Positions 39,396-51,279 of a stretch of 64,000 bases of DNA are shown here, in pieces. Within the stretch, counting starts at the first letter, position 1. Every line of letters begins with the position of its first letter. Position numbers and translations under genes: made by a program. Under the pieces are notes generated by a model. It worked only from the letters and a program-made list of their open reading frames with translations, was not told where the DNA came from and did no database searches. Location: the NCBI GenBank assembly GCA_043228905.1, contig JBHGNT010000003.1, positions 21,576,001 through 21,640,000 on the forward strand. The letters run 5' to 3'. Source of the stretch: Azolla caroliniana. Its lineage: Eukaryota; Plantae; Polypodiophyta.

Positions 39396-42300
39396 TGTAG
39401 AAAGTAGCGTGCGGAAGCAAGTATGAAGACAAAACAAAGGAAGGAAACTCAGGTTCAATGGAGAGCTTGGGCTTACACGGTATACGCGGGAGAGACAGAT
39501 AGAGAAACACAAAAAACTATATTCAACAATAATACACAATCTCTGTACATAAGACGTGCTCAGTGAGCACTTTTATACAAGTCCTAAAAGGATTGACCGA
39601 AGTACTGACAGTACTTCAATGCTCATCAAGAGCCCCTACACTAACTCCCAAATATATTCCTCACGGAATATCTTTCCTGACGACCTCCCGGTTTACGCAC
39701 TCGGCCTAACCGATCGGTCCCAACCGATCCGGTCCTCGGCTTCTTCAGCCGATCCGGCCGATGTTGAGCTTGTCTCTCAACACTCCCCCTCAAGCTCAAC
39801 TTGAGGCTCTTCGGGATCTTCACAACACCGGTTCCTCCTGGCTGCTCGCCTCGCTCGCGCTCCTCGACATGTTCGACTCCACGCGCTTCGGCCCTTCCGG
39901 TCGGCTTGTCTGCTCATGTGGCCCTCATCAGCTCTTCTGTTGTTGCGGTGTTGACGCTTCTTCTGCTGCCTTTTCTTCCGCTTGGGCCTCGATTGATTCA
40001 GCATGTCTGAATCAAACATCCGAACCGACTCAGCTACCTCTGATCGGTCTTCGCTCTCATCCGAGTTGGCTGTCTCGAACTCGTCTTCGGTCTTCTCGCC
40101 CTCGATGGCGTCATTTTCCCAATGCCTGGTTGGCTTCGGATCTCTCCTTCCGTTTCTCCCCTTCTGTCTGCTTCCGAACTTTTCCGCGGGTCCGCCCTCG
40201 GCTTCTTTAGCCAATCCGATGTCGAACTTGTCAACCGACTCGGTGTTGCGGTGTCCGCTCATTTCCTGCTACCTTGCTTGGTCGTTTGGGACTGTTCTCC
40301 CCCTCAAGTTCGGCACGTCAAGGTGACGCAATCCGAGAGCACCTGAGAACTGCCGCAACTTGTCCAGACCAAGAGGCTAGGTGAAGATGTCGGCAGCCTG
40401 CCGATCCGTCGAAACGTACTGAAGTTCGACTTCACTGGAAAGGACACGCTCACAGACGAAATGGTAGTGCACCTCAATGTGCTTGGTCCGTGCGTGGAAA
40501 ATGGGGTTTTTCGCGAGCTGGATGCTGCTGAGGTTGTCGCAGTAGATCGTCGTCGGATCTGACACCTCCTCTTGCAGGTCCTTAAGTAGCCACTTCAACC
40601 ATATGGCTTCGCATGTCGCGACAGCCGCTCCTCGGTACTCAGCTTCAGTGCTCGAGAGAGCAACTGTCGGCTGCTTCTTACTACTCCACACGATCGCGGC
40701 ACTCCCGAGGGAGAACGCGTATCCGGACGTGGATCGGCGATCGGCGGTGTTGCCAGCCCAATCAGCATCGGTGTAGCCGACAAACCGCGTGGCTGCACCG
40801 GGCCGATATAGCAGTCCCTGGTCCTTAGTGCCGTTGACATACCGAAGTATGCGTTGCACACACTGAAGGTGCTCCTCGGTAGGTTGCGCCATGAACTGAC
40901 TGATCACCCTGACCGGATAACTGAGGTCGGGTCGGGTGATGGTCAAGTATATGAGGCTTCCGACAATTTGTCGGAATCTCGTCGGGTCGCATACCTTTCT
41001 CGTATCAGGACGAAGCTTCATGGTTCTGTGCAAAGGAGTCGAGACGGTCTTACAGTCGGCCATCCCGATTTTGAAGAGCATATTCAGCACGTAGTGACGT
41101 TGGCTGATCAATATGCCTTCAGGGGTACGGATCACTTCGATCCCGAGGAAGTAATGAAGGTCCCCCAGATCCTTCATGTTGAACGATGCCGCAAGCTGGA
41201 GCTTCACGCGGTCGATTTCACCTAGGTCGGCGCCGGTGATGACCAAGTCATCAACATACAGTAAAATACTAACCGGTCCGAGTCGTCCTTTCCGGATGAA
41301 CAGGGAAGAGTCCGATTGTGACGTGACGAAGCCCATCTGACGCAGTTGTTGCGTGATCTTCGCGTTCCAAGCACGCGGGGCTTGCTTCAGTCCGTAAAGG
41401 GACTTCTTCAGTCGGCATACTGCCGAGGAGTTTGTTCCAGAGTCAAATCTGGGGGGTTGTACCATGCACACCTGTTCCTCAAGGTCACCTTGCAGGAACG
41501 CATTCTTTACATCCATCTGATGTAAGTGCCACCCCTTCGCCGCAGCTACTGCGAGCAAAACACGAACGGTCGTCATTTTTGCGACCGGCGCAAACGTCTC
41601 ATCGTAGTCGATGTCGTGTTTCTGCGCGTAGCCCTTTGCCACTAGTCGAGCCTTGTACTGGTTGACCGAGCCATCAGTGTTGTACTTGACTTTGTACACT
41701 CATCTACACCCGATCGACTTTACACCCTTCGGTGTGTCAACCAGGTCCTAGGTCTCGTTCTCCGCCAATGCGTGCATCTCTTCCTCCATCGCGGCGCGCC
41801 AATTCGCGTCTTTAGCCGCTTCTGCATAGTTCTCCGGCTCATGCACTTCCGCTACACGGGTCATGTATGCATAATGATGCGCCATGTACTCGTTGTATCC
41901 GAACCGCACAACTGGGTTCTTCTCGCGGGTAGATCAGCGTAATCTCAAATTAGCCGATGTTGAGGCCTTCTCGGTCGACGCGGTCTTCACCTTTAAAGAC
42001 CCGTCACCAGTTCCCTCGGAGTCGGACTCGCGTCGGTCTGACTCGTTCCTTTCCGTGCCGGAATCCGACACTTTCTTCTTCCCTTTCTCTTTGCGCGTAA
42101 GCCGTCTCCTCGGCTTCCTGCACGGGGAATGCACGGCCGAGTCTCCACTACTCGCCGGCTCTTCATTGGACTGGTCCTACCGACTCAGTCGTCGAATCGG
42201 TCCACTTAACCGGAGTGAAATCAGACTCTCTTCGCGGGTCTCGATTTCGGGTTCATTCGGAGGCATCTCGGCCTCACTGACCTCATCGTCAGAGCTCGTA

Positions 42301-43912
42301 TTGGAGTCGGGGTTCCGAGTCGAGGGCTGGTACAAGGACGCGGGCTCGTCAAACACAACGTCGCGGCTGATACGCACTTGTTTGGTGCGAGGGTTATAGC
42401 ACTTATAACCCTTCTACTCGTCCGAGTAACCGACCAAGATGCACTTCTCGGCCTTTGCGTACAGCTTCCTCCTTTTCTCCTTCGGTGCATGCACATACGC
42501 AATGCTACCGAACACCCTCAAGTGTCGCAAGTTCGGCTTCGTTCCGAAATATAGCTCGTGCGTCGACACTTTGTCTCCGATCCGGTTCTGGATGTATACC
42601 GCGGTCCTTACTGCCTCGGCCCAGTAGAACTTGGGCAAGCTCTTCTCCTTCAGCATTGCCCGTGCCGCTTCCACAATCGACGAATTCTTTCTCTCGGCCA
42701 TGCCGTTCTGCTCTGGTGTGTATCTACAACTGAATTCGCGCCGAATTCCCATTTGTTGTAGATAACCGTTGAATTGACCGGAAAAGTACTCTTTCCCGCC
42801 ATCCGACCGCAGGCACTTGATCTTTCGTCCCGTTTCGGCTTCCACGAACCCTTTGAGGTCCCGGAAACAGTCGAAGACTTCGCTCTTCCTCTCAATGAGG
42901 TAGATCCACGTGTGCCGCGTGTGGTCGTCGATGAAGGAGACGAAATATCGGTTCCCGCCAAGACTAACGTTTTGTGCTGGCCCCCACACATGGAGTGTAT
43001 AAGGTCGAGCTAGTTCTGGCTCCGGTTTCGCTCGTTGGGGAAGGGAAGTCGGTGTTGCTTCCCGAGCTGACAGGCTTCACAAATTTGTGCCTTTCGGCCA
43101 CTAAACTTGGGCAATCCGAACACTACCTATTTCGATTGTAGATCTTGAAGCCGCTGGTGGTTGACGTGGCCTATCCGCTTGTGCCATAAGTCGATGTCCA
43201 ACTCGGTCTTTTGTCCCTTCGCGAACATTGCGGTGCCGCCGTCAGTGGAGTCGAGGATGAACATCCTCCCGTCTCTACGCCCTTGCGCAATCACACGGCC
43301 TTCTTCCTCAATGAAGCACCCGAGGTGTGTAAACCGAACCTCCATCCCTTGGTCGACGATCTGTCCGACCGAGACCAAGTTCTTCGTGATTGTCGGAACG
43401 TGCAACACGTTCTTGAGTTTCCCTTTCTGCCCGACATGGCTAAGGGGAACTTCTCCGACATTCGCGATCGGATGCGGAATGTCGTCTCCTGTTGCGACTA
43501 CTTCAGGTTGTATCGGTTTTTCAAGGTACGAGAACCACTCCTTATGGCTCGTCATGTGTTTTGACGCGCCGGAGTCTATGTACCACACCTCGTCCGATCT
43601 CGGGGTGCTCTGTTTCATTGAGTTTGCTTAGTGTCTCGTCACGAAGACAGACCCTTCTCCGGCTCTCCCGGAGTCTTCAGCGTAGTGCGATCGTTGCCGA
43701 TTTCCCTTGTCGGTATGTCTGGAGCCATTTCTCTCCGAATCGGCGCGCTTCTTCCAGCACTCACTTTCCTTGTGGCCTTTCTTGCCACAGTACTAGCACT
43801 CCGCGATGGACTTCCCTTGCCGGTTCTCATCGCTTCGACTCCCCCTGTTTCCGGAGGGTCCGGAGTTGCTGTCGGCATCACTTCGGTGCCTTCTTTCTTG
43901 ATCTCGTCGGCC
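39396..43912 (-). mobile_element. Ty1/copia element C4 (C1 family), 5'-truncated
   Basis: 3' LTR 39396-39782, PPT 39783-39793, RT-RH ORF 40377-41699, INT 42414-42989, PR 43127-43618. Confidence 0.93.
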
Positions 43913-45689
43913 ACCGATCTCTCTTATAAGACTCACGCCGGCACTCGGGCCTGCAGCCGGATCGGTGTAAGGAATCCATAGGATCGTCTTTCATTCTCTT
44001 TCCAAATCTCGACCTCCACCCGGTCGGTCTTTCTCCCCCTGTAAAAGAGGGCGGCTCTCACACTCTCCCGTATCGGCACCTTCATGCTGAATCTGGCCCC
44101 GATCGAACGATCCACGACCGGATTCTGCTCCATACGAATCAGAATGCCGATCTTCTCGTGCCGCTTCCGTCCTCGGCCTCCTCGCAAGCCGTTTCCCATC
44201 CGACTTCGCTGGCATCGTGCCAGGACTCCTCGGTACCGCCATCCATCTCCTCGGTCTTACATGGCCATACGGGCCCGAATGCCGAGTTCTCCGGAATCGA
44301 GTCTGTGGGCATTCGTCCGCTCGTTTCCCGTACCTTCTCGCCGATGATTCTTGGCCTTTCCCAACCGCCTTCCTCCGCTTGGGACTCACGTGGGCACTCG
44401 GGCCCGACTGCCATCGTCTCGGGAGCAAGTGTGGGAAGACACAAAGAATCGCCCGTCCGTTTTACGCCCTTGTCCGTAGCCACCGACTCTTCGTGGTCGG
44501 CGGTCGTCTTCTTGCCGATCGCGCAAGCCCCGTCTGGGCTTGCTTCTCCAATGACCGGGATCTTGGGCTGACACGCCCGAAACCGCTGGTCCCATCGTTC
44601 TAGTTCTGCGATCTGTATCTCGGCCTCGTCCCTGGCCGTTCTATCTCCACAAGTCGAGAGGGCGTTTCGTTCCACACCCTCTCTCGTGGTACCGTCGTAC
44701 CAATCTTCCGTCGTCGCGTGGGGCAAGTCCGTCTCCTCAGTCTTGGCTTGCGGCCTTGATCTTTCCTCTTCCTCCAGCATCGCCTCGAGAGCTGCGTATG
44801 CCTCCGCAATCCTGGCCCCAACGCCAACCCTTGCCGACTCTCTTTGCCATTCGGCCTCTTCCCGCTGTGATGGCACGTCGTCGCGTACCTTCCTCTTAGC
44901 CTTCTCGGCTCACTCGTTGTCTAGTCGTTGGCACACCCTTCCAACCATCGACCAGCCCTCCGTAAGCCCATTCGCTCCATCATCGTCTTCGAGCTCAATC
45001 CCGATGGCTTCCCGTTCCGCTCGGTTGATCAACCTGACGAACAAAAGGACTTTGTCCGCCCCCACCAAACCTTGTTCCCGCTCTGGGAGCCGAGCAAGCC
45101 GTCGCTCGAACTCTCGGAACGCCTTCGTCGCGCCCCGGTGGGTCTTTGCCGATGCTACCCACTGGTCGAAGACGTGTCGACCCGGCTCTTCCGCCGTCCT
45201 CCGTATGCCTTCAGGAGCGCCTCTTCGAAGGCCTCCCACGAACTATGAGCCTCACGGAACTCCTTTACTTCCGCATGCATCCGGACAGCTACGACCCAGC
45301 AGAAGAACTCCAGCCTCAACGCCTCGTCTACGCCACGCTCCTCCATTTCCGCGTTGTAGGCTTCCAAGTAAGATGGGACTTTGTCCCCATTGAAACGGCC
45401 GACTCTTTCGACCACTCGCTCAACCGCTTGTTGCGCTGCTTCTCGCCTCATCACCACTCGTGCCGACTCCAACACCACTTCGGCCACCATCTCCGCAAGG
45501 TCGTCGTCTTCCGACTCCATCCTCCCTTGCCGCCTTTCACATCGGGTTCACCAAAGATGTCGCGTTGTTACGCGCGTGCATGGAGAAAGGCGGGACCACG
45601 GGGGTCTTGGACTAGAGAGGGATGGAGCGTTGGGAGTCGTGCTTCATTGTTTCTGGGGCATCCCAGAAACACACCGGAAGCAACCGAAG

Positions 45690-45738
<49 letters not shown>

Positions 45739-46305
45739 CTTAACACCGACTCACGCCTTATGTACAGAAAACGCAGGAGAGGGTAAGCACCCGACGCCAA
45801 CAACGACGCGAATATACACAGACAAATGTAAACGTATATGTATGTATATATAAGAAGAATACATTCCCGGCTTCGAGCCAGACTGAGGTAGGTTACAGTA
45901 GTCGTCTGCTGCCAAGCCGCCGTCGGGGAGCTCTTAGCTCATCGCGCCGAGTGGGGTCTTGCACAGGAGGCCGAACCAAAGCAAACCCTAAGCAAAATAC
46001 GAAGGGCGAGAAGAAGAAGAAGAAACCTAACTCTGAACCTAACGGTATACCCTCTAATGCAAAATGGGCAACCCTTACACAAAGGGCGTTCCCTTCCTTT
46101 TATAGAACAAGGAAAGAGATGTGTTACAATGTGGGACAAATCCCCACTTACATGGGATCGTCTGTCCCGACTTGACTACTCTTCGGCGCCATAAAGGCGC
46201 CCTCGATGTTCACACTAAATGTACACGGGCGCGTACACACGCTGCACCCCGCCGATGTAGCCAATGTTTCCCGGTTTCCGCCTCTGGCCGAAATTCTTCA
46301 CGACA
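43913..46305 (-). mobile_element. Gag-only element X2: LTR-E 45558-46305, PBS 45536-45553, Gag 45520 to about 44139
   Basis: Internal region is close to X1 but the LTR body differs. (GA)n at about 45691-45736. 3' part is lost. Flank is CCGT. Confidence 0.87.
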
Positions 46306-46944
46306 CCGTGCTTGGTGTTGATCGGCCATTTCCCCTTCTTGTAGAAGTCCATGGACATCAGGTTTATTTCTGAACCGTGGTCCACCAGCGCCACCACCGG
46401 TTCCTGAACATCTCCGATCTTCACCAGGGTTTCCATGGTCACTCGGGCCCAGTGTGGCCTCGAATAGTGGCTCGCCGCCCACTCGTCTTCCAGCGCCATG
46501 TCCTCTATGTGCGTCGTCCGTACCTCCACCAGCCTTTCCGGTTCTACCTCCGTCGACAGCCTCTTCCTCTTTACCAAGTCTATGATGGAGTCGTGGAACT
46601 CCTTCTTGGCGATTCCGAGCACCTCCCGCAACGACAGTTCCACCTTGATGTCGAGGATTCGTTCTTCCAGGACCTTTCGTAGGTCTGTGGTCCTTTCGAT
46701 CTTTGTGCCCAAACGGTATCCGCCCTTCTTGTGGTTATCCCGGACACTGGACTCACCGGCCTCGTTCCGTTTTGGCCCGAATCGGGTTTCGTATCTCTGT
46801 GAGGGTCCGGCCCCTCAAGTTTTACCTACCCGTTTGTCTTCAACCAGAGCCTCGTAGTTCTGGCAAGCTGCTTCGACGAAACCCGTCTTTTCTTCGACCG
46901 GGTCACTCCACCCGGTTACCTCCTGGACCCGCTTCTCCGCGCGG
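46306..46944 (-). pseudogene. Gypsy Gag-PR fragment G6 (host of X2 and G4)
   Basis: TTDLRKVLEERILD..LVDHGSEINLMSMDFYKKGKWPINTKHG. Confidence 0.88.
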
Positions 46945-49261
46945 TGTCGCGTTACTACGCGCGTGCGTGGGGAAACGAGGTGGGACCACCGGGGTCTTGA
47001 ACCGAAGACCAGGTGATAGGAGGGGAAAGAGAAAGAGAGAGACGACCGGTTACAAAGAAACACAGGGACACGGTCCGTTAACGCAGAAAACACGAATGGA
47101 CACAGAGACAGAGAGCCACGTAAGTTTGTATATTAACGAATAACAAATACACAACAGAGCACGCGAGCGGTTACAACCTAACAAGCCGGCGAACAGATGC
47201 CAATGCATGTTCGTCTGTGCACGAAAGGGGATAGGATGGAGGTGCTGCCGGAAGCACACGGGCGTTCCTCGAAGCAGCGCGAGCCTCCCGAAAACTTGCA
47301 GAAAAGAGCAATAGAGAACAAACAAAGGAGAAGCATTCGGTTACGGTCCGACAACACTTCCTCCTCCTCAATGCGCGATCCCCTTCTCCCCGCGTCTCCC
47401 TTTCTTTTATAGCTTCAAGAAGGGAGCCGTCTCCCTCATTTACTTCCTACCTACCGAATCTGACTACCCAGATATACCTATGTACCTAATTCCCTATTAT
47501 ATACATTAAAGGGCGCGCACGCGTGAAGAGCCGGTTCACGCGCGCTATACACCGATTGCGCTAAGGGGCGGTTTTCTTCACGACATCCGCCCCCACCTAA
47601 CCGCGCATCCACCGCTATGCACCAAAATTGGGTTCTGGTTGGAGAAAACCGGTCCGAGTTCCGGTTCTTCGTCCATCGGTTCGTCCTCCGTCTCGGACTT
47701 TTCGTCGTCGTTGTCCAGGCCTCTTAGATCCGGTTCGCCGTCGTGGCGCTTCTTTAACGATTTGATCCGTTTCCCCACCACCGGTGTCGAGGTATTCCTC
47801 GCGGATGCGTGGAATGAGGCGGGACCTTGGGGGTCCTGTACCGAAGAGCAAGAGAGGAAGTAGAAGAGATCCTCTACGTGCGAGCGTAGATCCACCGGAA
47901 CACGGCCCTTCGATGCAAAGACGCAAGTGGGACAGCGACACAGAAAGACACGAATGTATGTATGTATTAACAAAGACAAACAACAAGAACACGAAGACAA
48001 CAAAAACACGAAGTCGGTTACGACCGAACAGGCCGGCGAACAGATGCCGATGCCTGTTCGTAAACGCACAGAAGGAGAAGAGTAGGTTGGAGGTGCTGCC
48101 GGAAGCACTCGGGCATTCCTCAGAGCAACGCGAGCCTCCCGAAAACCTGCACAGAAAGCAGCCACGGAGTTTTTGAACCAGAGAGAGAGAGAGAAGCCTT
48201 CGCACACAAACCGACAGCACTTCGTCCTCGACTCTCCGTGATCCCTTCCTCCTCCTCGTCTCCCTCCTTTTATAGGCCAGGAAGGAGCCGTTTCCCCTTT
48301 ACTTCTTACCTACCAAATCTACCTGCCTAGGATCTCCTATGTACAACGTAAGGCGCACCTGCATGAAGAGCCGGTTCCTACGCTCCGGTGCACCGATTCC
48401 GCTTGTGGACGGTTTTCTTCACGACATCCACCCCCACCTAACCGCGCATCCACCAGCATGCGCCAAATTGAGTTGAGACGGAGAAAACCGATCCAGCCTT
48501 TATTCTCCGCCCGTCGGTTCTTCTTCGGTTTCAGATCGTTCGTCGTCCCGGTCCAGGTTATCCGGATCTGGCTCGTCATCGTGACGCTTCTTGAACGCTT
48601 TGACCTGCTTCCCAACTACCGGTATCGCCATTCTCGTGCCGTCGAGTTCCGCCAGATGGTACGTCCCGTTGTCGTTGGCGCTTTGTACCACGTAAGGCCC
48701 GAACCACCTTCTTGCGAACTTCCGTGTCGCTCGGTGCTGGTTGTTGAGGTTGCTGTCGTAGATTAGCACCCAGTCGCCTTCCTCGATCTTCTTCGGTCGG
48801 AGCCGGTGCGTTCGGTCGAACCGGGCTTTGTTCCTCGTCCTTGCCACCCGAAGCTTTTCCGCAGCCTGTTCCACGTCCTCCGGTCTTCGCTCGAGCTGTC
48901 GTATGCGCGCCGTCAACAGTTCCTCCCGGCTCATCTCGTCTCTCCAGTCCACGGTTGCCCATGAGGAGATCGTACGTTCCATTTGCATGATCGGCTTCTG
49001 CCCAAACATGAGCTCTGCCGGCATGAATCCGGTTACCGAACTGTGCGTAGTTCGGTCTGCCCACAACGCGTAAGGCAACAGCCGCGGCCAGTTCCCGACT
49101 TGTCCTCCGCATGCTCGAACTCCGCACGCTCGAAGTCGCTCCTCCGCCCTTGCCCTTTCTCGGCCAACGATGCCGGCTATCATACACCCTCCGTTGTTGG
49201 AGAAGCAGAATTTTCTACCTATCGCACAAGGTTTCTTCGGTTTCGGTTCTATCGTACAACT

Positions 49262-49327
49262 GTGGGGTCTTTCCCGAGTGTCCGGGCTGTCTCGGCCCCA
49301 CGCCTTGGCAGCCCTCTCTAAAAATCC
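49262..49327 (-). promoter_or_regulatory. Putative -1 frameshift signal with possible H-type pseudoknot (G5)
   Basis: G GAT TTT (49327-49321) TAG, spacer TAGAGA, stem GGGCTG/CAGCCC. Loop GTGGGG can pair with downstream CCCCAC. The -1 frame is open. Confidence 0.75.
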
Positions 49328-51279
49328 TCCCAGTTCTCGCCACCGAGGGATTCGCGGTTTCGCTCGTGGTTCGGCCGCACCGTCAGAAATTGGACCGAAT
49401 GGCGCCCGTCCTGGCTTTTGACCCTCGCGTAGGCTGAACCGTTGTCCAGCACCTTGGTCTCCATTCGCGCCGCCGTGATGTATGGTTCCCCTAATATGAC
49501 TGGGTGCGAGGACGTCTCCTGTACGAAGAAGTGCTGGTCAATCTCGACGTCGCCGATCTTGATTCGCACGTTCGGGCAGGCCCCGTGCAGTTCCTCGGTG
49601 GCGCGCGTCGCTGCCCGTATCTTCCACCCGTGCTTGGTGTTGATCGGCCACTTCCCCTTCTTATAGAAGTCCATGGACATCAGGTTTATCTCCGAACCGT
49701 GGTCCACCAATGCCACCACCGGTTCCTGAACATCTCCGATCTTCACCGGGGTCTCCGTGGTCGCTCGGGCCCAGTGCGGCTTTGAATAGTGGCTCTCCGC
49801 CCACTCATCTTCCAGCGCCATGTCGTCGATGTGCGTCGTCCGCACCTCCACCGGTCTTTCCGGTTCCGTCTCCGTCGACAGCCTCTTCCGTTTCACCAGG
49901 TCCACAATGGAGTCGTGGAACTCCTTCTTGGCGATCCCTAGCACCTCTCGCAATGACAACTCCACTTTGCTGTCGAGGATCCGTTCTTCTAGGACCTTTC
50001 GTAGGTCCGTAGTCCTTTCTATTTCCGTCCCTAGTCGGTATCCGCCCTTCTTGGGGTTATCTTGCGGGCTGGACCCACCGGCATCGTTCCGTCGTTGCCC
50101 GAATCGGGTCTCGTACCGTTGTGAGGGCACGGCCGCTCCGGCTTTCCCCACCCGTTTGTCTTCAGCCAGAGCCTCGTAGTTCCGGCAGGCGGCTTCTACA
50201 AAGCCCGTCTTCTCCTCGACCGGATCGCTCCACCCGGCTATTTCCCGGACCCGTCTCTCAGCGCGGTCCGTTTCATCTTTTCTTAGCCGTGTGTCGGCAA
50301 GACCTTCCAGCATTGCCGACCAGAATCCGTCTTTGCCCTCCTTTCGGGCCTCGCTGCCCCCGACCCGAATGCCGGCCGACGCCGAGTAGTGGATGGCCTC
50401 CACGTGTCGGGCCGCTGCCTCTTCCATCAGTCTCTTCATTCCTCCTCGCCCGTCGTTTCGGTACAGGGCCCTCCTGGTGTCGCCGGCGTGCACCCAGCCT
50501 TCCCACAGGTACACCACCCGGTTCCTCAACGCCTCTGCGAAATCGCCGCAGTCCTTCCGAATGTGGCCGACCTCGTCGCACCACATGCACTAGTTCCCCG
50601 CTGCCGGCCGTCGGTCACGAGCTGGTTCGCCGCCTTCCCATCGAGTCTGGGCGATCTGGAGATCCTTAATCGCCCGCGTCAACTCCTCCAGCGCTGCTCC
50701 TCCGGACGAGCCATTGACCATGCCGGTCGAAGCCGGACCGGTTTCGAGCCATTCCCGGGTTTCTTCCCTTCGCACTTCCCGGACCGGTTTCGAGCCATTC
50801 CCAGTTCGGTCAAGCGCCGAAAGGCGCGCAAAGCGTTCTTCGAACTCCCGGAGGAGTGCCGACGCGTTTCTTCCCTTGCCGGGGGACTCCACCCATTCCA
50901 TGAAGTCCCGCTTCGAAAGCCAGAGCGCGTCGTCCAACCCGTATTTTTCTAGGAGTCGGCTGTCGAACTCCTCCTAGGTACGGCTCTCCGCCCGCACCTC
51001 GAGCACCTCCGCATGGATGCTCGGCATCGCCACTCGAGGAAACCCGGCAAGACGCCTCTCTTCCAGAATGTCCCGCATCAGCATTTCTGTCCCGTAGGAC
51101 GCCAGATACTTCGTGGCATCCTTTCCGCTGAACCGGCCGATCGTACCGACGACTGCGTCAATGGCTCTGTCGAGGGCGCCGGTGCCCTCCCGTGCACTCA
51201 ATATCCGATCCACGGCCGAAGCCATGGCTTCTTCAAGATCCGACCCTTCCATCTTCTGCTCTTCTGCCGCCTCCTTCAC
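49318..51279 (-). pseudogene. G5 Gag-PR polyprotein (CA, CCHC knuckle, protease)
   Basis: ORFs 50974-51279, 50590-50937 and 49318-50586 are separated by single stops; the last ends NWEDF*. Confidence 0.9.

Noticed and set aside
37105-47585. Inverted LTR-D pair as one inverted-repeat element or an inversion
   Set aside because: One copy is a 5' LTR with PBS (G3) and the other a 3' LTR with PPT (G4), each attached to its own internal region. Independent insertions are the simpler explanation.
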